From: Tubulanus polymorphus
Lineage: Eukaryota; Animalia; Nemertea
DNA: 64,000 bases
NCBI RefSeq assembly: GCF_964204645.1
Contig: NC_134030.1
Coordinates: 15,190,110 to 15,254,109 of the forward strand
Direction of reading: 5' to 3'
Part shown: piece after piece, positions 62,850 through 64,000 of the stretch
How positions within the stretch are numbered: position 1 is the stretch's first letter
Layout of the letters: each line of letters opens with the position of its first letter
Made by a program: the position numbers and the translations under genes
Notes under the pieces: generated by a model
Databases searched by the model: none
Seen by the model: only the letters and a program-made list of their open reading frames with translations
What the model was told of the DNA's origin: nothing

Positions 62850-63272
62850 CTAATTAGTAAACTTATAAGCAACAAATATAACAATAACTGTTCCACCTAA
62901 AATCCATATTATTTCATATTTCTGTTGTTCTTTACTTGGGGTATAATAATCTGATAATTTAGGTTTGTATAGATGTAATTTTTCTTTATTTGTTACTGCG
63001 TTATATAAACTCATTGCATCATCAACTGATTGAAAATCTCTGTGTGAAATCTTCTGATCATATAATTCTTTATTGATGTAATCCATATAGTTTTGTCTCT
63101 TTTCTCTATATTCTTCTGCATCTTTATTGTATTTCTCTAATGCTAAGTTATGTCTTTTTTGTTCTGTTAATGATCCATTTTTATCAATATGTTTAAATAA
63201 ATAACCACCACCAGTAAATGCTAAAGCGTTAACAATTGCTGATCCTATAATAGTTATAATTGCAGAAGCCAT
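62850..63272 (-). CDS. Membrane protein with N- and C-terminal hydrophobic segments
   Basis: 140 aa; TAAATG start. Confidence 0.8.
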   Translation of the reverse strand: MASAIITIIGSAIVNALAFTGGGYLFKHIDKNGSLTEQKRHNLALEKYNKDAEEYREKRQNYMDYINKELYDQKISHRDFQSVDDAMSLYNAVTNKEKLHLYKPKLSDYYTPSKEQQKYEIIWILGGTVIVIFVAYKFTN

Positions 63273-63296
63273 TTATTTAACAAAAAAATTATGTAT

Positions 63297-63518
63297 TTAT
63301 ATGGGAGGAATATATTTTTGTTTTTCCAAATAATCAATAGTTAAATTAGATAAAGTAACTGCTAATGTTAACTTTAAAATATCATTTATATCAAATCTAT
63401 CAACATTAACACTTCCCATTTTGAATACTTTTTTTAATACCATTGAATAACCAACAGTTCCAACTGATAGTAAGGCACCATTATATAATCCAGTTATTAT
63501 CCACTTATTATCACTCAT
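63297..63518 (-). CDS. Small hydrophobic protein
   Basis: 73 aa; TAAATG start; tightly packed with neighbours. Confidence 0.7.
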   Translation of the reverse strand: MSDNKWIITGLYNGALLSVGTVGYSMVLKKVFKMGSVNVDRFDINDILKLTLAVTLSNLTIDYLEKQKYIPPI

Positions 63519-63521
63519 TTA

Positions 63522-63878
63522 TTAATCAAAAAAATTACTATCTTCAAAATATTTAGTTAACTTATTTATGATCAATTCAACATTTATTTTATTACTACTT
63601 TTATGATTATCATATATTTTGGTTAATATGTTTTTGATATCTTCAATGATAAAATCTTCATCTAATTCATAAAATCTTAAAGATTCTCTAATTAAATTAG
63701 TAATCTTTTCTACATTTAAAGTTTCTTTATCTATCGTTGTTTCATACTCAAATGTTGTTTCATTAGAAAATGTAATATTTTTGATATGTGTTATTACATC
63801 ATTAATGTTAAATTTCATTTCTTTCTCACGTTTAAAATCAAATCCAAAACATATACTCGGTCCAACAGTTATATTCAT
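63522..63878 (-). CDS. Hypothetical viral protein
   Basis: 118 aa; TAATTTTTTT..TAAATG start. Confidence 0.7.
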   Translation of the reverse strand: MNITVGPSICFGFDFKREKEMKFNINDVITHIKNITFSNETTFEYETTIDKETLNVEKITNLIRESLRFYELDEDFIIEDIKNILTKIYDNHKSSNKINVELIINKLTKYFEDSNFFD

Positions 63879-64000
63879 TTATATATCAAAAAAATTACTC
63901 TTTACATCTTATAACTAATTCATAAATTACAGGAAAGTTATTTAAATCAATTAAGTATCCATTATGATTTCTTATTTCTAATTTAAAATTATTAAATTTA

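Larger units (their letters stand above)
51389..64000. mobile_element. Polinton/Maverick-like endogenous virus, element 2 (extends beyond the window)
   Basis: AGT-starting hairpin interrupts the transposase; integrase, ATPase and capsid-like genes in two convergent, densely packed blocks. Confidence 0.93.

Overview
This is eukaryotic DNA, most likely from an AT-rich invertebrate animal; no host gene could be supported. Bases 1-45.7 kb are a nested transposon graveyard. They hold a ~3 kb inverted duplication, a 31-bp palindromic satellite interrupted by Helentron-like (HINE) insertions, several MITEs (three with clean target-site duplications), three BEL/Pao LTR-retrotransposon remnants, and Penelope, RTE and CR1/L2-type LINE fragments. 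From 45.7 kb to the window end are two related endogenous Polinton/Maverick-like (adintovirus-like) elements nested with an Academ-type DNA transposon, in the order BEL gag < element 1 < Academ < element 2. Element 1 has a decayed protein-primed PolB. Element 2 has intact-looking HNH nuclease, rve integrase, A32-like ATPase, probable major capsid protein and many membrane-protein ORFs, and runs off the window. Two features stand out. First, both elements begin with a long imperfect terminal hairpin whose conserved mismatches become G-T pairs on the minus strand. Second, 12 of 13 consecutive viral ORFs start in TAAATG, with T-rich or A-rich upstream cores resembling poxvirus late and intermediate promoters, alongside separate host Pol II-type promoters. 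Together these suggest an integrating, membrane-containing, poxvirus/NCLDV-dependent (virophage-like) virus. All family assignments come from motif recognition by eye; no database searches were run.
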